A stretch of DNA of 62,857 bases, the filler included, from Sphacelaria rigidula (Eukaryota), in the NCBI GenBank assembly GCA_964200075.2. It is 11 parts of 11 records of this genome, joined end to end, with 100 filler letters (N's around TTAATTAATTAA, not from the genome) between each part and the next. Parts side by side here need not be neighbours in the genome. Positions count along the whole stretch, not along the records: positions 45,791 to 51,413 come from CAXNAA020025775.1; positions 51,514 to 57,135 come from CAXNAA020025776.1; positions 57,236 to 62,857 come from CAXNAA020025777.1; 8 more parts are not named here. The stretch is one strand, 5' to 3'. Positions 49,201-62,857 of this stretch are shown piece after piece. The notes beneath the pieces were generated by a model. That model had not been told where the DNA came from and made no database searches. It saw nothing but the letters and a program-made list of their open reading frames with translations. The position numbers were made by a program, and so were the translations under genes. Position 1 is the first letter of the stretch, and each line of letters begins with the position of its first letter.

Positions 49201-50913
49201 CGAGGATGGAGATTTCTTTGTGGAGTATGCGTACTCTGCCACAAACACCCAAATTCGAAGATGTTCGGAGGGGGAGAAAGTGGTCATAGTGTCGAATACC
49301 TTTCAAGAGGCAATGCGACTGCCAGAGGCGAAGCAGTGGAAGGCAGCATCAGACAAAGAAATAGAAAGCCTTCTTTCTAATAATGTCTTCACGCTTGTAC
49401 CCTTCACGGCGATTCCTGCAGGGATGAAAGCCATTGGATCCCGGTGGGTGTATAAGGTGAAAGCCGACAACACATACAAAGGAAGACTGGTCGTCAAAGG
49501 ATGGGGACAAGTACCGGGCATCGACTGCGGCGGCACCTCCGCTCCTGTCTGTAGGCTACAGAGTATCCATATGGTGCTTGCAGCGGCCGCGGAGATGGAC
49601 TGGGAAGTCTGGCAGCTAGACGTGCAGACGGCATTTTTACACGCGCCCGTTGAAGAGGAAGTTTACGTCAAGATGGCCCCGGGCTATGAAGAGAACGATC
49701 CCGCGACGAGAGTTCCTCTCGTGATGAAGCTCCATAAGTCGTTATATGACCTTCGTCAGCCGCCACTAAATTGGTGGAACACCATGGACAAATTCCTGGG
49801 GGAGATCGGTTTCACCTCTCTCGCTTCAGATCCCTGCATCTACGCCTTCACTGACAACGATGACAACGACAACATCAGGGCCGGTAACTCCCTCGTCGAC
49901 ACCGTCAGCACCGCTCTCGGAAAGAGGGAGGTTGTCGCGCTTCTCACCCTCTACGTGGACGATGTGCTCCTTGTTGGAGGGGACGTGGCAATACTGCAGA
50001 TGCTCAAGAAAAAGCTCATGGTTCGTTTCAAAATGACGGACATGGGAGACGTATCACTTGTACTCGGAATGAGAGTCACCCGAGACCGCAAGAATAGGAC
50101 GCTCACTCTCAGTCAGGAGAACTACACCAAATCGATCCTGAAGAGGTACGGTATGGGGGACTGCAATCCGCTGAGCACGCCAGGAACGGGAGCAGAGCTG
50201 TCATTAAATCAACCAGAAGAGCAACTTCTGGATCCGGCGGCAACACAGCGATACCAGGCGATCACCGGCTCGTTAATGTTTCTAGCACAAGTGACCCGAT
50301 ATGATATCCAGTTTTCTGTCAACCAGCTTGCGAGAGCGATATCAACACCATCAAAAGCGCCCATGGGTGCTGCGAAACATCTTCTACGTTACCTAGGGGG
50401 AGTGCTAGTTTCGATACCACGTACAGGAAGGGAGGATTTCAGCTCACCGCGTTTTCGGACGCCAACTGGGGAAACAACCCGGATAACGGGAAATCGATGT
50501 CCTCGTATATTGCCATGCTCTCGAACGCTCCGGTGAGTTTCAAAGTCGGGATACAGGGTCTAGCTGCTCAGTCGACAATGGAAGCTGAGCTTGTGGCAGC
50601 AGCGATGGTAATGAAAGAGGCTGTGGTATGTTCCAACATGATGATGGAGCTGGGATTCGGCGAGGCATTTCACAGTGTCCCGATTCACATCGACAACACC
50701 TCAACACTTCAAGTTGCCGGTAACAGCACCTACAGTGAACGGACCAAGCAGGTGGCATTGCGCTACTTCTTCATTCGCGAACTCATCAAGAAGCGGAGGA
50801 TCATCCTTCATCACGTGGACACCAAGAACAACATCGCCGACATTGGGACGAAATACATAGGCAAACATCTTCACCTGCATCTGCTGCACGTAATCAAGAC
50901 CTTTAGGATATAA
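46295..50913 (+). mobile_element. Ty1/copia LTR retrotransposon gag-pol, disabled
   Basis: Order Gag (CQLCKEFGHYQREC) - PR (WLVDSGATGH) - IN (LWYRRLGH..CDVC, FGDFMGP, LRTDKGGE) - RT (SRWVYKVK, QLDVQTAFL, LYVDD) - RNase H (SDANWG, STMEAE, NIADIGTK). Lesions: frameshift ~46385, integrase deletion ~48330-48410, stop 48644-48646, frameshift ~50400. Confidence 0.97.
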
Positions 50914-51139
50914 AATGAAGACGCGAACGAGGGAGCTGGTCTGATGTGTACTTTTATTGTAGCGTGTGGTTGGATCACGACTGTGTTTTGAATATACGAG
51001 AACGTAGAACGTGTTGAGTTGAAAATCTAAGTGTACACTGTAGGGAATATGCAGAAATGGAAGCATGCGTTTGCATAATTAGGTCTATGAATATTCATCC
51101 ATCCGGATTTCTTTATCTCTCCTGAGTGCTACTTCCATT

Positions 51140-51413
51140 GAGGGGGAGTGTCAAGGATTTCATGTTGCATAACATATGTGAGTCGATGTTCAGTAGCATC
51201 AAGCTGAGATACGGAGGCTTGTTCACTGAGTAACAGGCGGGACATTATGCGGGGCAATAGGAAACCGTTGGAGTTGTTGTACAGCCTTCGACAAGCCTGT
51301 GGTGTGAAGGCTGTTCTGGAAAGATATCATTGACTAGCAGTCGCAAGTCAGTCAAGAACTCGCCAGATGAATCGATGTGGCGGTTGGATACGTTTTCAAG
51401 ATTTGGCGGAGCA
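51140..51413 (+). mobile_element. Polypurine tract (51140-51148) and start of the copia 3' LTR (TG at 51149, cut by the contig end)
   Basis: GAGGGGGAG immediately followed by TGTC, ~230 nt after the pol stop. Confidence 0.8.
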
Positions 51414-52382
51414 NNNNNNNNNNNNNNNNNNNNNNNNNNNNNNNNNNNNNNNNNNNNTTAATTAATTAANNNNNNNNNNNNNNNNNNNNNNNNNNNNNNN
51501 NNNNNNNNNNNNNAGTCAAAACTCGAAAAAATGGGCGGGGCACAGCCATATTGGCGAGCGTTTGGCGTCTTGGCCGGCCCAGCTCGTATGCATTCAGCAC
51601 AAAAAAAAAATACTGTAGTCTTTCTGAGGCCAAGTAGCTCCGAAGAACGTGATGGTGAGGTGTTGTATTAGCGCAGAGAAGGAAGTTATCGATACTAATA
51701 GGGTACAGGAAAGGTACATGAACGACCCGCTCGAGTTTTAATCTCCGGTTTTGTTTAGTTTCTTTCGGTCCGATGAGAGTGCGTTCCCGCTCTTGAAAGC
51801 CTGCGCTTCAGGTACCGGACGGGCGCGGCAGAAGATGAAGCGGTGCATGTGCAGACCGTGTACGGCACGCTACTTCCGAGCGAGAGGCAGAAGAAAGTGT
51901 CATTCGCATGCGATCATGCAACCAGTGTGTGGTCTGTTATTCTCTCAGTTCCGTATGTTTGACTCTTGATAGTACAATAAGGCAATTGATTAATACGTCA
52001 TGCACGTTACTTTTTATACATGGGAATTGGCAACGGAGAGAGAGGAAGGGTAAGTGTGTGCTATTTCACGATGATCGACCATTCGCAGGACACGCAAGTG
52101 GCTCTTGTCAGCAAGTGAGGAGGACCCGACGGTCAGGTCTGACAGCGCTGTCTTCGTGCCTGTAGGCGGCGTGCCGGTATAGTGACGGCGGTGCGAAAAT
52201 ACAGTTGCATCTCTTGCAGTTCAATTTGGCGTGTCCATGAAACTCTCACTCATGCGACTTTGAACAAGTTGGCGCGTTGTACACATCCCCATGCATGGCG
52301 GGGAAAGGGCTCAACAGCGTCGACCGCATGTACCAGACATTTCCTTCTCCTTCGGGCTCCCCTCGTCAAAATTGGTCTATAC

Positions 52383-54054
52383 CTCGATGGGCCAAGTCAA
52401 GCAGAGATGGCGGCGGCCGGCCAACCTTTTCAACCCCGCCCTCCCCTAGTGGTGATGACAGCGCATGTGTTGTTTTTACTGACATGCTGGCGTCATCTGA
52501 AGTTGCACTTGGTAGATCGACTGCACTACTTCCGTCACTCTCAATGGGTCCGCTATCGATAACTTGCCCGCTAGTCGACCAAGAACGTGTCCGCCTTCCC
52601 TCCGTTGGGTTTCGACCACGAGCAACACTACGATTACTACTATCGCTGACTATGGTGGGCTCAGCTGCCGAAACATCGTTGTTTGTTGCCCGGGCCAAAT
52701 GTCTCGAACCCGGAGAGGAACAAGAGGAGGAGCACTTGACGGCCGGATGTGTCCGACGCGACTGCCCTCCCAGATCATCCTTGTGCTGGCTGTCCAGATT
52801 TTTACCCCGTCGTTGCTGACTCCTCCGCTGTAGCTTGAAACCATCGCAAGGAGACCCTGCTCCCGTACGATGAAGACGTCCGCCCTCTCCGTTTGCCACA
52901 ATCCTGTCGGCCAGCGCCGCTGCTGTTGTGAGCTTGCTCGCCCCCACATCCCCGCCGCCTCCTTCCACTCTCGCGCCAGCGAATCGCAACTTCGAGCACA
53001 AGTTCTCATGCACATCCGCGTGACCCCGTCTTCTGCGACCCCCCAGGCCCGGTATAGTATCGCCGTCTTGCAGCGGCAATCGACACTGAGGTGGTGGCGG
53101 TGATGAATGTTTCGGTGACGAACCTCCGTTGGCACTCCCGCCCGCCGCCTCGCCCCCGCCCCCGCTTGGTAAAGACGGCATCGAAACTAGTGAGGAGGAC
53201 CTTGACGACCTTTCCTCGTCCCAGTCGCTGAGGAACTGCTCTGCGCCCTCCCTGCCGAGGTAGTCTTGAACCAGCGTGGCGCGTCGTCGGAATGGTGGCG
53301 ACTGCGCGTCCTGCGCATTTCATAACACACAAGTGATCGTCATGGCGACATGGCGGCAAGGGTGACTGGACAAATGTTTCACGTGCGCCACGTCAAAAAG
53401 AGACGAATAGACAACTGGAAATATGCCACATGCATCCCACCCATGATTTTTTGCGATTTTTCCTTCACCTCCAGCGAAAGCGACAGGTCCTCGCCTTCGG
53501 AACTGCTTGCAGTATGATGTGTCTCCACAGATGGAGCGTTTGCGGACACCTGTTGTGGTGGTAGTGGTGGTGGCTCCGCTGCCGCCGAGGAAAGCCTTCG
53601 GAACCACACGAAATTTAAAAGGAGAGAAGCAGTTATGCAAGGATGGATCGAGAAGATGGGGTGGGAGAGGGGCTTCTATTATAGTCGCAATCAGAGGTAC
53701 ATGCCAACTTCTGAACTAAATCACCTTGGTGAAGTTTCTCCGTCACTGACAGGCAATATGCGCGTAAACGCCTCGGCATGAAGGAGGACATGAAGGATAG
53801 ACCGTCTATCTAGAAGCGACTGTTTCAGAACTGCCCTTTCCGTCTACGGTGCCGTAGACGATTCTGTAATATCGACACCAGCAGGGAACGCCAGTGGGCG
53901 GGGGGGGGGGGGGGGGGGGACCCCCCCCCCGGTACCCGGCCCCCGCGTCCCCCCCCCCTTTTCCGCCCTCCCGCCCCGGGCATCGTCTCCCGTTGTTNNN
54001 NNNNNNNTTCTGTGTGCGCGGCTGGTTGTCGACCTGGGCGGTGCGCCCGCGTGC

Positions 54055-54085
<31 letters not shown>

Positions 54086-56755
54086 CCCTCCGCACAGTAC
54101 CTGCTCAACGCTGCCTCCGCCTCTTCTCGTCGCTCGCGCTCAGCGCATAGTTCCAGCTTGTTGGCGGCAAGTTGCTCCAGCAAAGCACGTTGGAGCGCCA
54201 GCTGCAAATGAGGGACGAACGTCGAAAGCACCGAGAAACGAGGGTAGGTCGACAATAGAAAGTGGTTCCCAAGTGACCACACATGTATTTTCTTGTGGAA
54301 TGGTCATGCATCAAAGGGAAGAATGAGACGAGGAGATGAAGAAAAAATGGAGGGGGTGGGGGTGGGGTTAGTTGGTCTCGGAGCTTTTTCACTCCAAAAG
54401 CAGCTCTCGTTTCAGCATTTTCAATGGGGTGAGCGCTATTATGCCTAGTCGAAACTCGGGACGCTATCAGCAGAGTCGAGTATTTCCTTTAAGATTCTCC
54501 CACCCCACCCTCGTCGATCTCGATCCTGGCATGTATTACATTGGCAGAGCAACCCTACAAGTACCTCTTCACCCAAGCTTCACCCCTGATTATTCCTCAA
54601 GCGTAGGAGGCACACCTTTCCGTCGCTAACGTCGACGAACCTCGCAACAGCCTCTTTTTTCCGCGACACAGCTTCGTCCCGCTCCTTCCAAATAAGAACG
54701 GCAGGGCAAGGGAGGAGCGGGCGCGCGGAAGAGGGGGCGTGTATTCATGAACTTGCATCTCGCATTCACAAGACCGTCGACTTCGCATCCCTGCAAAGTC
54801 GGAATGAAGTACGCCGGGTTTTTGCCGGACCAGGCTCGTAATCAACAAGCGCTAAGCGCCGTGATGTGTTCGGCGAGTCGCATGAGTGGTGATCCGTACC
54901 CCGCCAAGATTCTTCAGTCCGAGGCGTACTTACGATCTCGCATATGAATGACAGTCTCGAACGAGTTGCTTCATTTTCTGGTATCGCCACTTCCAGATTC
55001 AGCCACGAGTTACATTGCCTTATGTGCTCCTAACCGTTCAAACGCTACGTAGTACGATCATCCTTTTTGCGCGGAGTTCGAAGTTCTCCATTCCGTACAA
55101 CATGATCTGGTTCGACCACCATCATGGTTACCGCAAAAAGAAAACGCTAGCGTAAGAAAAAAAAAAGGTAGCCTGGATGCACAGCGTACGCAGTGAGAGG
55201 CATGTCTTACAGTGTCCTTGCTGACCGACGCCAACCCTTGAAAGGGGGAAGGCAAAGCAACAGAAGAACCCAGTGAGGCGTACTCGTTCCGGCAGCGAGA
55301 CAAACAGCAAAGGTCCAGCGGATCCGGACGGAAGCTTTCTAGGTCGTGTGTAGCAAAATACCAGCTACCCGTTTGCGCACCTGCCGATGAGTACAGCGTG
55401 CGTTCTCGTACCCCACATAAATTGTCTTCTAATACGTAACACGCATCGCGGAGCGACGTGGATGAAGTCAAGGGCAACAGAGTTTGTGCGTGTCCCCGAT
55501 ACACAGTACCTTGGCAAGGTCGTCGTTGTACAACTTCGCCTGTTGCAGGCCTCGCAAAAGCTCCTCCTGACCTGATTGCGCCCGCTTCAGCTCCTGCCGA
55601 CATTAACATGATCAGAAACATTGCGCCTACCCGGTCATGAAAACCATTTTAATCGTGTACGGCGAACTGACGCCGTCATGGCGTGCAACACGAATCCGTA
55701 TTCCAACGACCGGTCCCTCTTTCACCCGGGTTGCCTTCGAGGATAGTTTGGACATCATCACCTTCCAAGGAGAGACTACAGTATCAAGAGTCGCGATGGC
55801 CATTTCAAGACAATCTACCAGGCTTTCGACCCACTATTATCGACATATTTTTTCGGATATCTCCGAAACTGTCGGGACTGGCAAGGTATCTGACGATTCT
55901 CGAATGCCCTGCGAGCGCTACGGCGTTTTGACAGGGCAGCTCTCCGAAGTGCTGCGTTGCAGTCCGAATTTTCCGGAATTCTCCAAAATTTAAGCTTCGA
56001 AGAAGAAATCAAGCCGCTTCGACCTCGGAGAAGTCTGAACGTGAAGTCCGAAAATTCCGAAAATTTGTGATATATCTGAAACAAACAGCGTCGATAATAA
56101 TGGGCCTTATCGACACTGTTTTCTCGGGGATCTCCGAAACTTTCGAACATTTCGGACTCTGCGTCTACATTTCTCCAAAAGTGATGAGTTTTTTTTCCGA
56201 TGCCACATTCTCGGATATGGTGAAAAAAAATCGGGCTGCCACGCAGCACTTCGGGGAGCTGCTCGTTGTGCACGCCGTGGCGCTCGTACGCATCCGAGAG
56301 TCATTGGATAAGGTATCATGACACCCTGGGCTCATGTCGGAGAGTAAAAATTGCCATGGGTTGGCGGGAGTGATGCCCTCAGGCCCGCGACGAGGAGCTG
56401 GCGACGAGATCGACACCGTGTCCGTGACGGATCACAGCGAAGACAAAACTCGATAAGATTGGGACGTTTGGAACTCTCCAAACTTTCTGGGACTCTCGCA
56501 AGGAAGATCTCTTCGACAAAAATGGGCCTCAGACTTCGCGACTGCTCCGGCGTGTGCTGAGAGCACTTGGTCGATCGTGGCGGATTCGTAGGGTAAGAAA
56601 GGGCACGTAACCTGGTGGCTATCATTATACCGGTACCGCACCTCTCTCACCGTTCTGGCCTCCTCTTGTATAACCACGTTTCGTCTCCGTTCGTCTCGCA
56701 ATGCACCCTCCAGGCGCAGTCTATCTTCGTCGGCTTTCTCCAGCATTTGGAGTCT
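52383..56755 (-). CDS. Multi-exon coiled-coil / low-complexity protein; best exons 56755-56642, ~55594-55510, 54201-54101, 53595-53469, 53310-52383
   Basis: AG/GT-bounded open exons with heptad-like peptides (RLQMLEKADEDRLRLEGALRDERRR, ELKRAQSGQEELLRGLQQAK, LALQRALLEQLAANKLELCAERERREEAE); the last three exons join in phase. Confidence 0.65.
55825..56230. repeat. TCCGAA/TTCGGA motif array element, intronic
   Basis: Repeated TCTCCGAAA, TTCGGA and TATCGACA motifs. Confidence 0.6.
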
Positions 56756-58465
56756 CTGCGTGAACGGTTGTCCGCAGCAAACAATGAAACAGTTGCCCCT
56801 AGCAGGCGGATTCAGCAATCTGATGTGTGCAGCATTGAGACGATAGCACGATTTAGAACAGGTACATGTCGCGTCACAAGTAATGGGTACCCAAGAAAAC
56901 GCATACGCTCTTATCAAACCAAGGTGCAGCACAGCAACAGAGGTGTAGGACAAGTGAGACAACAAAAAAGACAAGCAAAACAAAAGAGTACATCAGATCA
57001 GTTCTTGAATGCCGCCTTTTGTCCCAACAACGTCATCGAAATACCTTCCCCCCCCCCCCGCCCCCCCAGCCTGGTCCGGCGAGAACCCGGCGTGCCCCGC
57101 CCCGGCCTTGTAGGGGCGGACCCCCCCTGGGGTTGNNNNNNNNNNNNNNNNNNNNNNNNNNNNNNNNNNNNNNNNNNNNTTAATTAATTAANNNNNNNNN
57201 NNNNNNNNNNNNNNNNNNNNNNNNNNNNNNNNNNNCAGTCTCTACTTTGTTTATCTCAAACAAGGCAAACCCACCGATTCCGATGACGACAAGGAAGTTG
57301 GCAGAGCAGCGATGGTGTTCGGCGTCTCGACCAGGTCTTGTGTCTCGCGACGACCGTTTCGATGACCTGCGACCTTTCTTCCGAGAAAGTGTCGACTCTG
57401 CCAGCGAGCCCGAGGAACGCGGTGCCCAAATCGACAACAACAACAGCAACGATTGCTCCTGCCGTTTTCTCGAGCTTCCCCTGGCGAGTGCGTCCTTCTT
57501 GCTCTTCGTGAGTACGTGCAGCTGATGATGATGACCATGGCTGGATTCATTCTTCGCTTGCGACTTAGGACTTGCAACAGTAGTCGTGGACCGAAACCGT
57601 TGGTGTCGTTGCTACGGTATGAAGAAAGCGAATTCAATTGGGGAACTCGGCGGGCGAACAAATGTCGGACGTTGTTTTGGTCGAGACTAGGGAACGGGCT
57701 TTTCAGTCGTTGGTAGTTCCTACACGCATGACTGTGCATCGTACCCACCATCTCCGATCCTCTCGCATCACGAACTTTACCCTCGCCTTTTACTAGGATA
57801 AACCGTGCTGAGAGGATCCTGAAGGAGTTCTCGTGATTTTTGACCCCACTCGTGGGTTAACGAGCAGGGAGTCAGTTGATGAGCAGAATACATACAGACA
57901 ACACTACTACAAGAGTAAGAGTACTGTATACAGGGAGAGATGAAAACACCGAAACAGAGAAGTAACTTCCGAAAGCGAAGACCACAACCGACACAGATGG
58001 CACGTGTGAACATGGCACTTCCTCCGTTACTCGTGCGGCGGACGTCTCGCCGGCATGGGGCGGAAGGAGGCATGCATCGTGTGGCTGAATAGACTGACCT
58101 CTTTACACCTTCGACCCAGGTGCATGGCAGCAACAACAGCAGCAAAGCAGACATGCAGGGTTCAAACAGTGCAGTATCGCTGCAGTATAAGGGTACAGTA
58201 GGTGGCAGAGGAACAGTGGTCGCTGTTGTGTTCGATCAGTAGAGTTGGGACTACGGGGTTTTCAGACGGAGGTGGGGTGTGTTGAGGTGACGCGTTCGAT
58301 AGCCCCAGCATACCTTCTCGGCCTTTTGGCTAAGATCATGTGTAGTATCTGTTCTAATCAGTGTGAAAACTGATTGACGCTCACCGAGCGTCATTTTCAC
58401 ACCTGTTTTTGCAATCGTCGGGTCGGCGCTGCTTGCAGCGCTCCGGCAGGATTTCTTCGGCATTC

Positions 58466-58702
58466 CACTACCGCCTTGTGAGGTCCGTCCCCTTAGGGAC
58501 AACATGACAAACAAGACATTCTAGCACAACAACAGGAACGACGCTGACGAGAACAGCGGCAACACACCACTACTATGAACTTTCCGCTACCGCCTTGTGA
58601 GGTCCGTCCCCTCGGGGACAACATAACAAACAAGATTTTCTAGCACAACAACAGGAACGACGCTGACGAGAACAGCGGCAACACACTATACTACTATCAA
58701 CT
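58466..58702 (+). repeat. ~118-bp tandem duplication
   Basis: CTACCGCCTTGTGAGGTCCGTCCCCT...TTCTAGCACAACAACAGGAACGACGCTGACGAGAACAGCGGCAACACAC present twice. Confidence 0.92.
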
Positions 58703-59196
58703 ACCCTAATCGCTCTACTGCGGCAAGGTTACGACCCGTCACGAGACGCAACCCCGCGGAATCAGACCCCAACCAATCCCGCTACCACAACACGGCGACA
58801 GTCAAACGTGTAGCAGAGGATGGCAAGCACAGACCCGCAGCACCGCCACCCTCAATATAACACTGCTGTACCGCCGTTCGCGTACGCGGTACTCTCGCTA
58901 TTCACTGTATAGTGCCAGTACAAGTAGACCCCACGATGACCACGAGCTGCGCCAGCTACCGGTGTTTTTTCAATGTTCCCGGGCCCGGCCTTGAGTATTT
59001 CGATGAACTGGGCGCTGAAATTTCGACACTACATTTTTTTTATCAGCGATGATACGCACAACAAGCTGCCGGGGGATGCAACGAAAACAAACTGAAACGA
59101 AACAGAACGTTGGAGCGATTTGAAGTTTCTGCAAAAAAAACTAGAAAGAATGCTACGGGCTGGGGGCCAGCCGAGAAGCGAATTTATGGTATGCAG

Positions 59197-59838
59197 GCCC
59201 ATTAGCCGGCCGATATTTTGGGTTGGACCCTAAAATTTGGTAGTATGGACAATTAATGAGTAGGGCATGAAGAAACAAAATACCGGTGCACACAACAAGC
59301 TTTTTCTTGTTTTTGCTTTTTCATTAGATAATTAAGGGCATATTGTCGTCCCCTCGTCCTATTTATAAAAAATATCATCAATATCATTTATTTGAAGGTA
59401 TGCATTATTCCATGTCTTCAACGCGTCTCTCTTCTTTCTCGAGCCAAATTTGATTATGTCTCGATCTCTATCCCTTCTCTCCCCCCCCCCCCCCGTACAT
59501 ATCTACACGTCCTGCCCCTTGTCCTCTTGCCGTCCCTTGTTTTCCTATTACGGCATAACTCATGACGAAAAATTTTGTTTCTCGTTTTTTTTTTCACTCC
59601 TCCTGCGTGATACACTCATTGATCCAGTTTTTTAAGCTATAGACCGTTCCAGTCGCCCATAAAACAGATATTATTGTACTGATACCTGAATCTGATTATT
59701 GCCCTTAAACTCATGAAAGAAATAAGCCTTGTTGTGCGCACGGGCAATTTGTTATAATATGCCATTGCGCCCTGTGCATTGTCCATACCAAATTTAAGGG
59801 TCCAACTCTTCTACATGTTGGCCGGCTAATAATGGGCC
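59197..59838. mobile_element. Degenerate MITE with ~150-bp inverted arms and GGCCC termini
   Basis: GGCCCATTAGCCGGCC..GTTGGACCCT..TATGGACAAT..CACAACAAG..TTAAGGGCA mirrored at 59695-59838. Confidence 0.7.
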
Positions 59839-60448
59839 GTTTAGTGACGGGGTCGGTAGAAATTAGAAACAACATTTTGCACGCCACTTACCGGCCCACC
59901 TTCGGTGTTTATGTATCATTGAAACTTTGTGTGGGCCGTGGTTAGGGCACGGTCAACAAAACAAAGTGGGCGAGGCTGTGTTTTTTCCTTCGCTGGTTCA
60001 TGGCGTTTAGTTCGACAAAGACCATTTTTTTACGAGAAGGCCTGAACCTCTCCAACACACAAATGAAAAGGCTTATTTTTTTTTTGGCACATACCTCTGT
60101 GGTTTTCCATGCTAAGTTTCAAATCGCAATTCTAAATATCGAGCTCAAAGAATGGAGATGAGGCCCACGAGCGGTGTTCATTTCTCCTGGAAACCCCCCT
60201 GAAAAAATAAAAAGAATGACAAAAACCCGACAAAAATGAAAAAAAATCTGTTTTGTTGTTTGTTTTTGTACGATGCACTACTGGCGGTTCTCCATAGCAC
60301 AACTCTCGAAAACTGAGACGCGATATCCAGATCTAGGGCATCTACTACTACTACTGCCTCTGCTCGTAATATGTTGACTTTAGTACGGAACCTTATGTGC
60401 GCCATACGAGCTGGTTCAGGTTGACCGCCCAAAATTCATTTCCCGGGA

Positions 60449-60722
60449 TTTCCTCAGGCCGTTTTTTCGAGTTTAGACCACGAAAATTTGCACACATGTT
60501 TTTGAGGGCACTATCTAAAACTTGAACACCATTTTCTTTTTTTGTTGTGTCGAGATAGTTGGGATCTGACCCCTCGCCCGGTCAAGTAGGTCCACCGCGA
60601 CCTTGGATGAAAAGCCACCAACACAAAATATTCAAAAGAACGGTCTTCGAGTTCTACATGGTGCCCTTCAGAACATGTGCGCAAATTTTCGTGGTCTAAC
60701 TCGAACAAACGGCGTGAGGAAA
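60449..60722. mobile_element. MITE with ~90-bp inverted arms
   Basis: TTTCCTCA.GCCG..TTCGAGTT.AGACCACGAAAATTTGC.CACATGTT mirrored at 60635-60722. Confidence 0.75.
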
Positions 60723-62857
60723 TGCCAAAACGTGTGCTGAAGTATAAAAAAGTATGTTATTACTTGATCAAAGTACAGAAATTCCCTTTCGGAGGGTTGT
60801 TTTCACGGTGAAAGACCCAGCCGACTCAGGTTTTTTCGAGTTGAGCAACGAAAATTGGTATACATGTTCCTTGAGATACCACCTAACCCTAAGATGCCAA
60901 AATTTTGGTGTCGGGGCATTCTGTACCGGTTTCCTGGGGTCTTCATGCTAGGACCCCCGGAAGCCGGTAGAGAACGGAGAAGCTTTGAAGTCTTGCCAAG
61001 AATATAACTTTTCGATTTGGAGCATCAATACCTGCGGAATTGCCAAGTTTGAGAATGATCTGAGCTCTTCTCCAACAGATGAAAGGGAAATCGTCGCGAG
61101 GCTCCGTGGGTCTTTCGTACGTATCATGAGTGGAAATTAGACGACGCCAAAGCTCCACATCACCGAAACATTACAGTTTTGGGCAAAATTCGACCCCGTT
61201 GGAACCGTTTCTAAATATGTTTCTCCCATTAGATTCCCAAGCTGATGATGGACATCACGACTTGAAACATGTGGAGATTCGGTGGAAATTGGGCTTGGAA
61301 TTCGTGTTATCAATTTCGAAACAATTTGAAAGGCGCTGATTGGTCGAGACATATAATATTTGTCCATAGCGCCAACGCGATAGCCTTGAACAAAAATCCG
61401 GCCATCTCACCCTTTTCGTCTGTTCATCGCGGTCAGTATGATACCACATTTAACAACGTTTTCATGAGATTGAGAGTAGCGCGCTGATTGAGAGTGGTTT
61501 TGATCACTCGCTTTAACATAGACAATTTTTCATTCCGTGCGTGCTTTTCTTTGCCTCCATCACTTGCGTGAGCCCACAGCTACACGTCGATATCCTACTC
61601 AAGGGTATTAAGGGCCTACAGAAAGCGTATTGGGTCCCGTGGAGGGACATTTCGGAACTGAAACGATTCATTCACTATCTCTGACCGCTTTTCACTCTCA
61701 ATCGTATCCTCTACTCTCAATCTCACGAAAACACTGTTATTTGTGCATATTGGCTGGGTATTGCGTTCGTCATCAGCCGGGGAATAAGTTTTGGGTATTC
61801 AATCTGGACCAGCTTGTAGCTCGAGATACAGCAGATGACGAACTAGGTGGAGGTGAGGGTACCTATCTCGTCTCCCCGTGCTCCGGGGAATGTACGCACC
61901 AAAAATCGTCGTCATCTGCTTAATGTATCGTTCGGGGTTTCACACAGAATTTTAGTGTGGACGCTATCTCCGTACGGTATAGGAGTTACTAGACAGGCGG
62001 CTCATTCAACGAGAAATATATATTGGCCCAGGCTTTTGAGCGCAGATGGGCACCTCCCCCTTGATTAGACGACTAATACGATATGCGAATCACGGCCCAA
62101 CTCGTCTGTGCCGCTGGGATATTGCCTTGAGAGCTTACATCCGTTTCGAGGCTGCCCCAGCTCGTACAACTTCGTGAAAATAAAAAGAAATACGTTGGCA
62201 TCCCTCGGGTTGTTGTGCGTGCTTGTTTGTGTGGTGTGCAGGAGACCCTGGTGCAATTTCGGCCAAAAATACCTCGAATTGAGCGCAGCAGGACACTTTT
62301 TGTGTGACACCGCTGGGCCCCTTTGATTCAAGTGATACAGGAGACTCCAGTTATGAAGGTCACCAGTTCCAATCCCGACGGATTCCTTTTCTTTTGCTCC
62401 GTCGGTAAGGTCGTGCATTGTGCGGTACATTTTTTTCAATTTTTTCTTCGTTCAGCGGCGGTGCCGTGCGTTACCAGGTTGGTCTGCACGTCACACCGAT
62501 GTACCCAAGTCGGGCTGATTTGGTAAACTTGATGAGTTATGGTATCACTTGCAGTGGTGTCGGATAGTAAGCGTAGCGATCTATCCCTGTGGAAGTATAA
62601 GCAATTTCCGCAAGCAGTAGTGCCGTATACACCGAACGCAAGCAAGCCATTCCCCTGTAGGGTGTAGACAGGCGGTACTGTTTCCGACTTGCTAATCCAA
62701 ACTGCTGTTTCACCCCCTCAAGACAATAGCCCAGCTGTCTAAGTGGAAACAGCCCCACAGCCAGCAAACAAGTAACAATAGTGAATGAGGGTGATAGTAC
62801 AGCACAGCTAAGACTCACGTCAATAAGGCTGTGGACTCGCGACACTGAAGACAGGAG

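Noticed and set aside
46446..51066. Antisense and overlapping ORFs within the copia element
   Set aside because: Shadow frames of gag-pol with no independent motifs.
57264..57507. Exon-like ORF ending in GTGAGT, plus small exon candidates at ~61812-61851 and ~62341-62404
   Set aside because: Plausible, but no identifiable product or consistent gene model.

Overview
Eukaryotic, intron-rich and repeat-rich DNA. Gene and repeat style suggest a brown alga or other stramenopile (inference). The window is not one locus. It is 11 length-sorted contigs (5624 bp x6, 5623 bp x3, 5622 bp x2) joined by artificial 100-nt N44-TTAATTAATTAA-N44 spacers, so adjacency across spacers carries no information. 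Spliced gene fragments I could reconstruct by hand: a HIPL1/glucose-sorbosone-dehydrogenase-type beta-propeller (4 exons), a WDFY3/ALFY-like BEACH protein (3 exons), a GAF-domain protein, the first exon of a RAD23-like UBL protein head-to-head with a signal-peptide gene, a coiled-coil protein and a possible KH/RING-like protein. Mobile DNA: a near-complete but disabled Ty1/copia element, a decayed Ty3/gypsy-like element, hAT and pogo-like transposase remnants, many MITEs and foldbacks, tRNA-derived Pol III heads, and one very abundant dispersed repeat at which contigs break. I found no convincing new multi-gene system. The best second-look items are a 142-nt near-perfect intronic hairpin with an 8-bp TSD (MITE-derived miRNA candidate), an inverted pair of tRNA-like sequences, short-motif array elements that each use a different motif, and a 148-bp tandem array in the copia leader.
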